In this document: piece by piece, positions 10,137 to 19,878 of the stretch | How the letters are laid out: each line of letters opens with the position of its first letter | Numbering within the stretch: position 1 is the stretch's first letter | Source: an uncultured Methanosarcinales archaeon | GTDB taxonomy: Archaea; Nanobdellota; Nanobdellia; Woesearchaeales; SKGA01 | Direction of reading: 5' to 3' | NCBI GenBank assembly: GCA_964517565.1 | Contig: CAZFEG010000002.1 | Span: forward strand, 1-44,913 | Length of the DNA stretch: 44,913 nt | Notes under the pieces: generated by a model | What the model saw: the letters and a program-made list of their open reading frames with translations, nothing else | Database searches by the model: none | What the model was told of the DNA's origin: nothing | Translations under genes and position numbers: made by a program

Positions 10137-11543
10137 TTGGCTCCAAAGAAAAAATCTAAAAATGAACAACTACAAGAAAAATTAGTGTATGATCGAGAAA
10201 GCACTTGGCTTTCCTATAAACCAGCTGATATGAAAAAAGTTTTTGCTTTTTCTGAAAAATATAAAGACTTTTTGTCATCTAGTAAAACCGAGCGTCTTTG
10301 TACAGCAAATGTCATTTCTGCTTTGACAAAATCTGGTTTTAAGAACATTTCTTCTGTTAAAAAGGCGAAACCTTTTGATAAACTTTTTAAGGTTTTCAAA
10401 AACAAAACTGTTATCGCATTTATTGTTGGAAAGAATCCTGAAGATGTACACATTATTGGAAGTCATATGGATTCTCCACGTTTAGATCTCAAACCTTTAC
10501 CATTATATGAGGATGCTGATCTTGCATTACTCCAATCACATTATTATGGTGGTGTAAAAAAATATCATTGGGTTAATTTACCTCTTGCTTTGCATGGTGT
10601 GATTTTCACGAAGAAAGGAAAGAAAGTAACTTTATCAATTGGTGAAAAAGATTCTGAACCAAAATTCCTTATTCCTGATCTCTTACCTCATTTAGGTCGT
10701 GATCAACTTGATAGAAAAGGTTCTAAGGTTGTATCTGGAGAAGAACTTAATATTGTTGTTGGAAGTTTACCTGTAAATGATAAGGCTATAAAAGAACAAG
10801 TAAAGTTCGCTATCTTAAAAAAATTACATGAAGACTATGGTTTAATTGAAGAAGATTTTGCAACAGCAGAATTAGAATTTGTTCCAGCAAGTAAAGCTGT
10901 TGATGTTGGTTTTGATAGATCTTTAATTGGTGCCTATGGTCAAGATGACAAGGTTTGTGTATATACTTCTCTTCAAGCACTTCTTTCAATTAGTAATCCT
11001 TCAAAAACGGCTGTTGCTTTGTTTGTTGATAAGGAAGAAATTGGTTCTGTTGGTGATACTGGTGCTGATAGTTTTATACTAAAAACCTTTGCTGAAGATT
11101 ATGTTAAGCTTCTAGGTCTAAAAATTACTTCAAATAAAATTTTAGAACTCGCAAAAGCTATCTCTGCAGATGTTACTGCGGGACTTAATCCTAATTATAA
11201 GGATGTTCAAGATTCTCAAAACGTTTCTTTCTTAGGACACGGCGTTTCTGTAGAAAAATATGGTGGTGGTGGAGGAAAATATAGTACGAATGATGCGCAC
11301 GCAGAATATATGTCCTTTATCCGTTTACTCGTTGACAAACATAAAGTTCCTTGGCAAACAGGAGAAATGGGCAAGATAGATATTGGCGGCGGAGGCACTA
11401 TTGCTATGTTTATGTCAAGATATGGTATGGATACTGTTGATGTTGGTCCTTGCGTCTTAGGAATGCATTCTCCTTGCGAGTTAACCTCAAAATCTGATGT
11501 ATATTCAGCATATTTATTTTACAAAGCCTTTTTTGAAGCTTAG
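10137..11543 (+). CDS. M18-family aminopeptidase (aspartyl/Ape-like)
   Basis: Motifs GSHMDSPRLDLKP, YGQDDKVCV, VDKEEIGS and LGMHSPCEL are present. The TTG start is preceded by GAGGTG. Confidence 0.8.
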   Translation: MAPKKKSKNEQLQEKLVYDRESTWLSYKPADMKKVFAFSEKYKDFLSSSKTERLCTANVISALTKSGFKNISSVKKAKPFDKLFKVFKNKTVIAFIVGKNPEDVHIIGSHMDSPRLDLKPLPLYEDADLALLQSHYYGGVKKYHWVNLPLALHGVIFTKKGKKVTLSIGEKDSEPKFLIPDLLPHLGRDQLDRKGSKVVSGEELNIVVGSLPVNDKAIKEQVKFAILKKLHEDYGLIEEDFATAELEFVPASKAVDVGFDRSLIGAYGQDDKVCVYTSLQALLSISNPSKTAVALFVDKEEIGSVGDTGADSFILKTFAEDYVKLLGLKITSNKILELAKAISADVTAGLNPNYKDVQDSQNVSFLGHGVSVEKYGGGGGKYSTNDAHAEYMSFIRLLVDKHKVPWQTGEMGKIDIGGGGTIAMFMSRYGMDTVDVGPCVLGMHSPCELTSKSDVYSAYLFYKAFFEA

Positions 11544-11630
11544 ATTAGTTCACAACATATGTACTTAATAGGTGCATTTGTGGACAAATTTTAGAAAGGT
11601 TTTTAATTTTCTTCTTCTTTTTATTTTCAT

Positions 11631-13253
11631 ATGTTCCTCTCAACTTCTCTAAATCACTATAAACGTCTTCAAGTACGAAAAGCTCTCATCGAACAATCTT
11701 CCAATAAAGAAGTGAGTGTGATGTATGGTATTGGTAAGTTTGGTAAGCGTCCAGATGTCCTTATTTATGAGAATGATGTGCTTGAGCTTGCTAAAAATAA
11801 GGTAAGTTCATTTCATTGTTCAGAAGAATCTTGGCATAACCCTCTTTCCATAACCACAGGTATGAAACGTCATGAACTCGACGATTTACGTACTGGTTGG
11901 GATCTTATTCTTGATATTGATTGTCCTGATTGGCCTTTAGCAAAACTCACAACCCATTTATTCATAAAGTCTTTACAAGATCATGGTATTAAAGCTATAT
12001 CTGTTAAGTTTTCAGGAAATAAAGGTTTTCATATAGCTGTTCCTTTTGAGGCTTTTCCTAAACAAATAATGTTTGATGGTGAATTAAAAGATCTAAAAAA
12101 CATTTTTCCTGAGGGTCCAAGAAAGATTGCTTTTTATTTGTTAGAATATATAACTCAACAGTATGCTTCTCTTCTTCAAGACTCAATTATTCTTGATGGC
12201 GTTACTTTTACTTTTGATGAACTTCGTTCTATTGCAAAAAAAACAACCCAGTCTTTGTTTATTTTTCTTTGTTCTACTTGTAAAAAGGAATTTGAACATC
12301 AGCCTCGTCAGCAAAAACCTTCATATGTTTGTGCTCGTTGCGGACATTCATCAAATCCTCAAGGTTCTCCAGAAATTATTAAATGTGAACACTGTAAATT
12401 TCCTGTTGAACAGCAAGTAAACACGTCAAAGTCTTGTCCGTTTTGCCACAGTAAGACTCCTTTAGAGAGGCATTTTAATTGGTTGGCTGTTGTGGATGTT
12501 GATACGGTTTTAATTGCTTCAAGACATCTTTATAGAATGCCTTATTCACTCCATGAAAAGTCTGGTTTGGTTTCCATTCCTCTTCCTCTTGATGGGGTCT
12601 TATCTTTTGAAAAAGATGATGCAAAACCTGAGAATATTTCTTTTGATATTCCTTTTTTAGATCGTTCAAAGGCAGATCCTGCTTTGGGAGTTTATTTGTT
12701 AGGTGAGGCTTTTAGTCGAGATCTTCAGAATTTGTCTTATATTCCTGACGAAAAATTTTCTCAAGTTATTCAAAAACCTATTGAATTACCTAAAGATGCT
12801 ATTTCTGAAGAGTTTTTCCCTCCTTGTATCAAGCTACTTTCACAACCTTTGAAAGATGGGAAGAAAAGGGCTCTATTTATTCTTATTAACTTTTTACGTG
12901 TTTCTTCGTGGTCTATTGAGCAAATCGAGGATTTTATTTTTAAGTGGAATAATCTTCATCCTGAACCTCTTAGAGAACAGTATCTTCGTGGTCAGTTATT
13001 TCAAATTAAAAAGGGGAAACAAGCACTTCCTCCGCCTAATTGTGATAATAAAGATTATTATTCCTCTCTTCTTGTTTGTCAGCCTGATAATTTTTGTTCA
13101 CGTGTAAGGAATCCTGCAATGTATGCTAAACGTAAATATGACTTTGCACAAAATTCAAAAAAAGCTAAATCTTCTACAAAAAAAGTCGTTTCTTCTAAAA
13201 AAACAGTAAAAAAAGGGAAGAAGGAAGAACAAAAAAAGGACAAAAAGAAATAA
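11631..13253 (+). CDS. DNA primase: the catalytic PriS fused to a PriL Fe-S C-terminal-like domain in a single chain
   Basis: PriS motifs are LILDIDCPD (DxD), FSGNKGFHIAVPF and DVDTVLIASRHLYRMPYSLHEKSG. An inserted region has 4 CxxC pairs. The C-terminal part has FFPPCIKLL plus three more Cys (PPPNC, LVCQ, NFCSR), as in the PriL 4Fe-4S domain. A Lys-rich tail follows. Confidence 0.85.
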   Translation: MFLSTSLNHYKRLQVRKALIEQSSNKEVSVMYGIGKFGKRPDVLIYENDVLELAKNKVSSFHCSEESWHNPLSITTGMKRHELDDLRTGWDLILDIDCPDWPLAKLTTHLFIKSLQDHGIKAISVKFSGNKGFHIAVPFEAFPKQIMFDGELKDLKNIFPEGPRKIAFYLLEYITQQYASLLQDSIILDGVTFTFDELRSIAKKTTQSLFIFLCSTCKKEFEHQPRQQKPSYVCARCGHSSNPQGSPEIIKCEHCKFPVEQQVNTSKSCPFCHSKTPLERHFNWLAVVDVDTVLIASRHLYRMPYSLHEKSGLVSIPLPLDGVLSFEKDDAKPENISFDIPFLDRSKADPALGVYLLGEAFSRDLQNLSYIPDEKFSQVIQKPIELPKDAISEEFFPPCIKLLSQPLKDGKKRALFILINFLRVSSWSIEQIEDFIFKWNNLHPEPLREQYLRGQLFQIKKGKQALPPPNCDNKDYYSSLLVCQPDNFCSRVRNPAMYAKRKYDFAQNSKKAKSSTKKVVSSKKTVKKGKKEEQKKDKKK

Positions 13254-13334
13254 GCAGCCTTTTTAGGCATTTAATCATGTTTATTATGTCTTTTTGGTCT
13301 TCGTTGCCTTTTTTCACCATAAACAACCAAAACA

Positions 13335-13342
13335 TTTATAAA
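13335..13342 (+). promoter_or_regulatory. Candidate TATA box (TTTATAAA) upstream of the ribosomal-protein superoperon
   Basis: The same octamer occurs upstream of rpl34e (27981), in the uS2 upstream region (34249) and at 44393. It lies 150 nt before the uL3 ATG. Confidence 0.35.
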
Positions 13343-13491
13343 GAGTTTTACTTTTCCCGTCGATACCCACAAAATAGTTTATGGGTGTGTAGGCCTGAAA
13401 ATGAACTTTTTTCAGTACCGGATGTAGTATTTCCAGCGTGCTGTTTCTAGTATTTGTTTTAAGGACTTAAAAAATAAGAGTAAGATATACA

Positions 13492-14478
13492 ATGGGAAAA
13501 CGACTAAATCCAAGACACGGAAGTATGCAGTTCTGGCATCGTGTAAGAGCTAATAGACCGTACGCAAGAGTTAGATCCTATCCTGAAAGTAAAAATGCTA
13601 ACCTTTTAGGTTTTGCAGGTTACAAAGCTGGTATGACTCATATAATGGTTGTCGATAACCAAAAAACATCCATGACTAAAGGAGAACAAATTAGTCTTCC
13701 TGTAACAGTTATTGAATGTCCTCCTCTTCGTTTATCTTCTATTCGTTTCCACGTAGCTCATAGTTATGGAACAAAAATTCTATCTGAATTATTTTTCAAA
13801 ACTACTAAAGAACTTCTCCGAAAAATTCCTGCTTCAAAAAAACTTTCAACTGAAAAAGATATTGATGCAGTTGATCTAACAAATCTAAACAAAATTTCTG
13901 TTCAAGTATATACTCAACCAAAATTAACAGGTATTGGTAAAAAAACTCCTGAAATATTTGAATTACAAATTGGTGGTTCTTTTGAAGAACAAATTGCTTT
14001 TGTTAAAGAACACATGAATAAAGATATTTCTGTTAAAGATGTTTTATCTGCTGGTTCCTATGTTGATGCTCGCGCAATAACTGTTGGAAAAGGTACTCAA
14101 GGACCTGTTAAACGGTTCGGTGTTAATCTTCGTTCTCACAAATCTGAAAAAACCATAAGAGGACCTGGTTCTTTAGGATCTTGGATTGCTCAAGGTCATA
14201 CCATGTATAGAATGGCTTTTGCTGGTCAAATGGGTTATCATCATCGAACCCAGTACAGTAATTATATTCTCGGAATTTTTGATGAAGTTGAAAAAGTGAA
14301 TCCTGATGGTGGATTTCTTCGATACGGAAATGTCAAAACAACTTATGTTTTAGTAAAAGGTTCAGTTCCTGGACCAAAGAAAAGATTAATCACACTTACA
14401 GCGCCACTGCGTAATGCTAAACCAGTAACGCTTCCAACCATAGTATCCATTAGCACTGAATCAAAACAAGGAAATTAA
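13492..14478 (+). CDS. rpl3p: Ribosomal protein uL3
   Basis: MGKRLNPRHGSMQFWHRVRA...GYKAGMTHI...GKGTQGPVKRFGV. It is the first gene of the canonical operon order. Confidence 0.95.
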   Translation: MGKRLNPRHGSMQFWHRVRANRPYARVRSYPESKNANLLGFAGYKAGMTHIMVVDNQKTSMTKGEQISLPVTVIECPPLRLSSIRFHVAHSYGTKILSELFFKTTKELLRKIPASKKLSTEKDIDAVDLTNLNKISVQVYTQPKLTGIGKKTPEIFELQIGGSFEEQIAFVKEHMNKDISVKDVLSAGSYVDARAITVGKGTQGPVKRFGVNLRSHKSEKTIRGPGSLGSWIAQGHTMYRMAFAGQMGYHHRTQYSNYILGIFDEVEKVNPDGGFLRYGNVKTTYVLVKGSVPGPKKRLITLTAPLRNAKPVTLPTIVSISTESKQGN

Positions 14479-14479
14479 G

Positions 14480-15322
14480 GTGACAGATATGAATGTAAAA
14501 GTACTTGATGCAAAAAAAACGGAAACCAAAACCGTAACGCTTCCTGCACAGTTTACCGAGCCTGTACGCCGAGATTTAATTAAACGTGCTGTTCTTGCAT
14601 TACAATCTAATCGTAGACAAAAATATGGTGCTAATCCTGAAGCAGGAAAAGGTTACTCCGCTTATCTTTCAAAACGACGAAATACCTATAAGAGTACTTA
14701 TGGTATTGGTCAATCACGAACTCCTAGAAAAACTCTTTCTAGAAGAGGAACAAGATTTTTTTATGTTGGTGCTTTTGCTCCACAAACAGTTGGTGGTCGA
14801 CGTGCTCACCCTCCTAAAGCTGAGAAAGACTGGGATCAAAAAATTAATATTAAAGAACGACGAAAAGCTATCCGTTCTGCTTTAGCAGCAACTATGATTC
14901 CTGAAATAATTATGAATCGAGGTCATAAATTGCCTGAAGGTTTCCCCTTTATTTTAGATGAATCTTTTGAATCCTTATCAAAAACAAAAGATATTCTTGT
15001 AGCACTTCAAACTCTTGGCTTCCAAGAAGAACTTGATAGAGCTACAAAAACTACAATCCGTGCTGGTACTGGTAAACGAAGAGGTAGAAAAACAATTACA
15101 AAAAAATCATTCCTTTTTGTTGTTGGAAAAGACTGTCCTCTTGTTAAAGCTGCAGCAAATATTCCTGGAGCAGATGTTGTTCCTGTTCATAGTTTAAATG
15201 CAGAACTTCTCGCACCTGGAACTCATGAAGGTCGATTAACTTTATTTACTGAATCCGCTTTAGATACTCTTTCACAAAGACAATTATTTACTGATATTAA
15301 ACAAACAGGTGGTCTTCAATGA
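14480..15322 (+). CDS. rpl4p: Ribosomal protein uL4
   Basis: The call rests on its position after uL3 and on the motifs RQKYGANPEAGK...GGRRAHPPK and GTGKRRGRK. The start is GTG at 14480 or ATG at 14489. Confidence 0.9.
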   Translation: MTDMNVKVLDAKKTETKTVTLPAQFTEPVRRDLIKRAVLALQSNRRQKYGANPEAGKGYSAYLSKRRNTYKSTYGIGQSRTPRKTLSRRGTRFFYVGAFAPQTVGGRRAHPPKAEKDWDQKINIKERRKAIRSALAATMIPEIIMNRGHKLPEGFPFILDESFESLSKTKDILVALQTLGFQEELDRATKTTIRAGTGKRRGRKTITKKSFLFVVGKDCPLVKAAANIPGADVVPVHSLNAELLAPGTHEGRLTLFTESALDTLSQRQLFTDIKQTGGLQ

Positions 15323-15567
15323 TTATCCAAGCACCTCTTTCAACTGAAAAATCCATTCGATTAATGGAATCTGAAAATAAATTAGTTTTTATTGTTGATA
15401 AAAAAGCAACAAAAGCTGAAATCAAAGAAGAACTTGAATCTCTTTTCAAAGTAAAAGTGGTAAAAGTAAATACGCTCATTGGTCCAGATGCAAAAAAGAA
15501 AGCATATGTTTCTTTTGCAGATGAAACTCCTGCTATTGATTTAGCAACAAAACTTGAACTTATGTAA
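15319..15567 (+). CDS. rpl23p: Ribosomal protein uL23
   Basis: PLSTEKSIRLMESENKLVFIVDKKATKAEIKEELESLFKVKV, in the expected operon position. Confidence 0.9.
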   Translation: MIIQAPLSTEKSIRLMESENKLVFIVDKKATKAEIKEELESLFKVKVVKVNTLIGPDAKKKAYVSFADETPAIDLATKLELM

Positions 15568-15577
15568 AGGTATAAGA

Positions 15578-16291
15578 ATGGGAAAACGAATTACAGCACA
15601 AAAACGTGGTCGAGGGTCTCCAACATTTAAGTCTCCTTCATTTAGAGCGAAGGGTGCTGCGAAGTTCCTTAACAAAGAAAACGCAATGGTTGTTGATATT
15701 ATTAATTGTCAATCTCATACTGCTCCTTTAGCACGAGTATATTACGATGATGGTGAAGCAGGATTATTAATTGCTTCAGAAGGAATCACTGTTGGTGATG
15801 AAATCGATATGTCTGCAACTGCAGAAGTAAATCATGGAAATGTACTCGCACTCAAAAATATTCCTGAAGGTGTTGCAATCTTCAATATTGAAGGAACACC
15901 GTTCGATGGTGGAAAATTTGCTCGTTCATCTGGAGCTGCAGCAAAACTTATTTCAAAATCCAAAGACACAGTTTTAGTCGAATTCCCATCAAAAAAACAA
16001 AAAAAGTTTCATCCAAATTGTCGCGCAACTATTGGTGTTGTTGCTGGTGGTGGTCGTGTTGATAAACCATTCCTTAAAGCAGGAAAGAAATTTTATGCTA
16101 TGAAGGCTAGAAATAAATATTGGCCAATTGTTTCATCAAGTGCAATGAATGCAGTAGCGCACCCATTTGGAAACAAGCGTACACTCAGAAAATCAAAAGC
16201 TAAACCAGCACCTAAAAACGCTCCACCTGGTAGAAAAGTTGGTGCAATTAGACCTCGTAAAACTGGTCGTGCAAAAGGTAAGAGGTTATAA
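15578..16291 (+). CDS. rpl2p: Ribosomal protein uL2
   Basis: [15 protein letters not shown]...[17 protein letters not shown]...NAVAHPFG. I prefer the ATG at 15578 over the track TTG at 15554. Confidence 0.95.
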   Translation: MGKRITAQKRGRGSPTFKSPSFRAKGAAKFLNKENAMVVDIINCQSHTAPLARVYYDDGEAGLLIASEGITVGDEIDMSATAEVNHGNVLALKNIPEGVAIFNIEGTPFDGGKFARSSGAAAKLISKSKDTVLVEFPSKKQKKFHPNCRATIGVVAGGGRVDKPFLKAGKKFYAMKARNKYWPIVSSSAMNAVAHPFGNKRTLRKSKAKPAPKNAPPGRKVGAIRPRKTGRAKGKRL

Positions 16292-16293
16292 GA

Positions 16294-16656
16294 ATGGCAC
16301 TCAAAGAATTCAAATTTCATGGTAAAACTTTAGAAGAATTACAAGCAATGAGTATTACTGAATTTTCAGAATTGCTTCCTTCACGTCAGAGAAGATCTTT
16401 CAAAAGAGGTTTATCTGAAGAAAAAAAGAAGTTAGTCGTAAAAGTTGAAAAAAAGAATAACGTGAAAACTCATCTTCGAGACATGATCATTTTACCTTCC
16501 ATGGTTGGTAAAACAATTCAAATCCACACAGGTAAAACATTTTTACCAGTAATTATTGTTGAAGATATGATTGGTAAATATTTTGGAGAATTTGCACTTT
16601 CAAGAAAACGCGCATCACACACCAGTATGGGTGTAACAAACAAACCAAAAAAATAA
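16294..16656 (+). CDS. rps19p: Ribosomal protein uS19
   Basis: [11 protein letters not shown]...[12 protein letters not shown]..., in the expected operon position. Confidence 0.9.
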   Translation: MALKEFKFHGKTLEELQAMSITEFSELLPSRQRRSFKRGLSEEKKKLVVKVEKKNNVKTHLRDMIILPSMVGKTIQIHTGKTFLPVIIVEDMIGKYFGEFALSRKRASHTSMGVTNKPKK

Positions 16657-16665
16657 GTGATATAA

Positions 16666-17238
16666 ATGGTAACAACAGCATATGCATTTGAAAATTTCGG
16701 CGAAGATATGGCTAGAGCCTATGGTCGTAGCCTTGACATTTCCACAAAAGTTTCCATTAATGTTTGTAGTGTACTTAGAGGAAAAGACGCTCAAACAGCT
16801 ATAGCATATTTAGATCGTGTTATGCATGAAAAACAAGCAGTTCCTTTCAAGAGATTTACCGATGGTGTAGGTCATAGAAAAGGAAAAATGGCTTCTGGTC
16901 GTTTCCCTTTCAAAGCAGCAAAATCAATTAAAGAACTTATTGAATCTGCTGTTGCAAATGCAGCAAATAAAGGTCTTGCTGAAGAATTAAAAATCGTTCA
17001 CATTTGTGCTCATAAAGCTTCAACACCCCTTCATCAAGGTCGTCAACGAAGACGTGCAATGAAAAGAACACATATTGAAGTTGTTCTTCAAGAAAGAGAA
17101 GTTCAAAAATCAAAATCCGTCAAACCAAAGGTTAAACCAACTCCGAAAGTTGTTGAAGAAAAACCTATTGAAAAAAAAGCAGCTCCTAAAACTGCTGAAG
17201 AATCAAAAGTAAACGTATCTGAGGAGAAAAAAGAATGA
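16666..17238 (+). CDS. rpl22p: Ribosomal protein uL22 with a Lys/Pro-rich C-terminal extension
   Basis: ISTKVSINVCSVLRGKDAQTAIAYLDRV...PFKRF...GHRKG. The tail is KSKSVKPKVKPTPKVVEEKPIEKKAAPK. Confidence 0.9.
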   Translation: MVTTAYAFENFGEDMARAYGRSLDISTKVSINVCSVLRGKDAQTAIAYLDRVMHEKQAVPFKRFTDGVGHRKGKMASGRFPFKAAKSIKELIESAVANAANKGLAEELKIVHICAHKASTPLHQGRQRRRAMKRTHIEVVLQEREVQKSKSVKPKVKPTPKVVEEKPIEKKAAPKTAEESKVNVSEEKKE

Positions 17239-18008
17239 TTGAAAGAAAATTTGTCGCTCAGAACTTCAAGGAGTTCCAAATAAAAAATTACATTCAAAAT
17301 ACTTTAAGTAGAGTAGGCTTAAGTGCTGTTACTCTTAAACGAACAAGTCTTGGTGAAAAACTTATCATCAAAGCTTCCAGACCTGGTCTCGTTGTTGGTC
17401 GTGGTGGAGCAACTATTCAGCGTTTAACAAAAGACTTACGATCAAAATTCAAATTAGAAAATCCTCAAATCGAAATTGAAGAAGTAACTGACTTCGGCCT
17501 TGATGCTGTTGTTGTTGCAGAAACAATTGTTAATCAGTTAGAACGTTTTGGTACACAACGTTTCAAAGGAATTGGCCATAAAATGCTTGCAACAATTATG
17601 AGTGCAGGTGCTTTAGGTGTTGAGATTCTTATCTCAGGAAAAATTCCTTCATCGCGTGCTAAAACCTGGAGATTCGCAGAAGGATACATGAAAAAATGTG
17701 GCGACATTGCAATTACTGGAGTTCACACAGCAAAAGAATCTGCTAATCTCAAAACAGGTGTTGTTGGTGTTCAAGTAAGAATTATGCCTGGAACTACAAA
17801 ACTTCCTGATCAAATAACATTCGATAAACAAATAATCAAAGACAGAGAAGAAGCTGAAGCTTTAGCAAAAGCACAAGCAGATTTAACTCCTGCTATTGAA
17901 TCTTCAGAAAAAGTTAATACTTCAAAAGAAGAAGCTCCTGCTAAACCAAAATCAACAAAAAAAGCTCCTGCTAAGAAAAAAACTTCAAAAAAGAAAGGGG
18001 ATGACTGA
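17235..18008 (+). CDS. rps3p: Ribosomal protein uS3 with a Lys/Ala/Pro-rich C-terminal extension
   Basis: KH-domain region PGLVVGRGGATIQRLTKDL. The tail is APAKPKSTKKAPAKKKTSKKKGDD. Confidence 0.9.
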   Translation: MIERKFVAQNFKEFQIKNYIQNTLSRVGLSAVTLKRTSLGEKLIIKASRPGLVVGRGGATIQRLTKDLRSKFKLENPQIEIEEVTDFGLDAVVVAETIVNQLERFGTQRFKGIGHKMLATIMSAGALGVEILISGKIPSSRAKTWRFAEGYMKKCGDIAITGVHTAKESANLKTGVVGVQVRIMPGTTKLPDQITFDKQIIKDREEAEALAKAQADLTPAIESSEKVNTSKEEAPAKPKSTKKAPAKKKTSKKKGDD

Positions 18009-18010
18009 AT

Positions 18011-18226
18011 ATGACTTTTAAACAATTAAAATCACTATCATTTGAAGATCAACAGAAAAAGATTGCAGAATCAAAAGTAGAATTATTAAAACTTAATGGG
18101 CAAGTCGCAACAGGAACTGCTCCTAAAAGTCCTGGCAGAATTCGTCAGTTAAAAAAAATTATTGCTCACATCCTTACTGCACAAAATGAGCAGAAGGAAG
18201 AAGAAATATCCAAACAAAATGGTTGA
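18011..18226 (+). CDS. rpl29p: Ribosomal protein uL29
   Basis: The call rests on its size and position and on LKLNGQVATGTAPKSPGRIRQLKKIIAHILT. Confidence 0.85.
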   Translation: MTFKQLKSLSFEDQQKKIAESKVELLKLNGQVATGTAPKSPGRIRQLKKIIAHILTAQNEQKEEEISKQNG

Positions 18227-18530
18227 ATTTGATCCAATAACTGGTTTACCAAAAGAATTGTCCTCATGGGATAACATAGCTAGGGAAAGCCAAGAAATCA
18301 AAATCAAAATAATCAAAAAAAAGTTTGGAAAAAAATATACTCTCGTTGAAGGGTTAAACAGTAGCGAAGTTAACATTCGTGATATCACAAAAAAGCTAAA
18401 AAACAAGTTTGCTTGTGGTGGTTCATCAAAAAAAGACATTGTTGAACTTCAAGGAGATCACATTAAAAAAATCAAAGATGCTTTGGTTGATTTGGGTTTT
18501 GTACCTGAAACAATTAAATTATCAAGATAA
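18219..18530 (+). CDS. sui1: Translation initiation factor aIF1 (SUI1)
   Basis: KKFGKKYTLVEGL...KKLKNKFACGGS...ELQGDH. I prefer the ATG at 18219 (MVEFDPITGLP), which overlaps the uL29 end by 8 nt. Confidence 0.85.
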   Translation: MVEFDPITGLPKELSSWDNIARESQEIKIKIIKKKFGKKYTLVEGLNSSEVNIRDITKKLKNKFACGGSSKKDIVELQGDHIKKIKDALVDLGFVPETIKLSR

Positions 18531-18531
18531 A

Positions 18532-18774
18532 ATGGTTAAAATATCAAAACAACCATTTATTGGCAAGCATCTTAAAATAATGCATGCAACAAACGAAACA
18601 TACACTTCAATTGAAGGCCTTATTGTTGACGAAACGAAACAATCGTTTCTTGTTGAACAAGATGACATTCAAAAAATTGTGTTCAAAAAAGGAACGCAGT
18701 TTAAAATTGGTGAAGTGCTTGTTGATGGAGACGCAATTAACAAACGCGTTGAAAATCGTATTAAATCACGGTGA
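18532..18774 (+). CDS. rnp1: RNase P protein component 1 (Rpp29/Pop4)
   Basis: It occupies the canonical archaeal position between SUI1 and uS17. The Sm-like core is GKHLKIMHATNETYTSIEGLIVDETKQSFLV. I prefer the ATG at 18532. Confidence 0.75.
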   Translation: MVKISKQPFIGKHLKIMHATNETYTSIEGLIVDETKQSFLVEQDDIQKIVFKKGTQFKIGEVLVDGDAINKRVENRIKSR

Positions 18775-19046
18775 AAAAAATGGAAAAACTATCTGTTCGT
18801 GGAAGATCATTCACAGGAAAAGTCGTCAGTGCAAAGATGCACAAAACAGTTGTAGTAGAGTGGGAACGACGAGTATTAATTCCTAAGTTCGAACGTTACG
18901 AAAAGAGACGATCAAAAGTAAATGTTCACAATCCTGAATCAATTAATGCACAAGAAGGAGACCTTGTTAAAATTCAAGAAATAAGACCTCTTTCAAAAAC
19001 AAAAAACTTTATCGTTATCGAAGTTCTTTCGAAAGCGGAAGAATAG
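18771..19046 (+). CDS. rps17p: Ribosomal protein uS17
   Basis: GRSFTGKVVSAKMHKTVVVEWER...VKIQEIRPLSKTKNF. Confidence 0.9.
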   Translation: MKKMEKLSVRGRSFTGKVVSAKMHKTVVVEWERRVLIPKFERYEKRRSKVNVHNPESINAQEGDLVKIQEIRPLSKTKNFIVIEVLSKAEE

Positions 19047-19055
19047 GGAATAAAA

Positions 19056-19457
19056 ATGAAAGCAATTAAAGCAAACGTTACTGACGGTCTTCAAGTGGGA
19101 TCTATAATTACCACTTGTGATAACTCTGGTGCTAAAGTATTAAAAATTACTGGTGTTAAACGTAAAAAAACAGTTAAAGGAAGAATTCCTGGAGCTGGTG
19201 TTGGTGATATGATTGTTGCTGCTGTAAAAAAAGGTCGACCTGATATGCGAAAACAAGTAGTTTTTGCAATTATTGTTCGTCAAAAAAAAGAATATCGAAG
19301 ACCTGATGGTACAAGAATTTCTTTTGAAGATAATACAGCAGTCGTCCTTAAAGATGATAAAGGTAATCCTAAAGGAACAATTTTCAAAGGCCCTATTGCA
19401 AAAGAATCGGCTAACAAATGGCCTGCAGTTGCAAAAGTAGCAAATATGGTGATCTAG
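19056..19457 (+). CDS. rpl14p: Ribosomal protein uL14
   Basis: CDNSGAKVLKITGV...GDMIVAAVKKG...RISFEDNTAVVL. Confidence 0.95.
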   Translation: MKAIKANVTDGLQVGSIITTCDNSGAKVLKITGVKRKKTVKGRIPGAGVGDMIVAAVKKGRPDMRKQVVFAIIVRQKKEYRRPDGTRISFEDNTAVVLKDDKGNPKGTIFKGPIAKESANKWPAVAKVANMVI

Positions 19458-19461
19458 TACA

Positions 19462-19878
19462 ATGAAAACAGCATTTTCAATCCAATGGCTCAAAAGTATT
19501 CAACCACGTAAACAGCGTAAGTATGGTATGAATGCGCCACTTCATATTAGAGGAAACTTTTTACACGCACGTTTGTCAAAAGAATTGACAACAAAACACG
19601 GCATCCGTTCACTAAGAATTCGTTCTGGTGATAAAGTTACTATGATGCGCGGTCAGTTTAAAGGAAAATCTGGTCTTGTCGAAAGAATAGATTTAGGAAG
19701 AAGCAGAATTTATGTGGCTGGTGTAGAAACAATCAAAAAAGAAGGTGGTAAAGTACCTTATCCTATTCATCCATCAAATGTGTCTATTATAACAATAGTT
19801 ACTGATGATAAAAAACGATTAAAAAATAAAACTAAAATAAAGGAGAACAAAGATCAAAATGGTCAAACTACACCTTAA
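19462..19878 (+). CDS. rpl24p: Ribosomal protein uL24
   Basis: SIQPRKQRKY..., followed by a KOW motif GDKVTMMRGQFKGKSG. Confidence 0.9.
   Translation: MKTAFSIQWLKSIQPRKQRKYGMNAPLHIRGNFLHARLSKELTTKHGIRSLRIRSGDKVTMMRGQFKGKSGLVERIDLGRSRIYVAGVETIKKEGGKVPYPIHPSNVSIITIVTDDKKRLKNKTKIKENKDQNGQTTP

Noticed and set aside
13277-13450. A 57-aa ORF (MFIMSFWSSLPFFTINNQ...) in the gap before uL3
   Set aside because: It has no SD, it runs across the putative TATA box and the leader hairpins, and its composition is atypical. It is more likely promoter and leader sequence.
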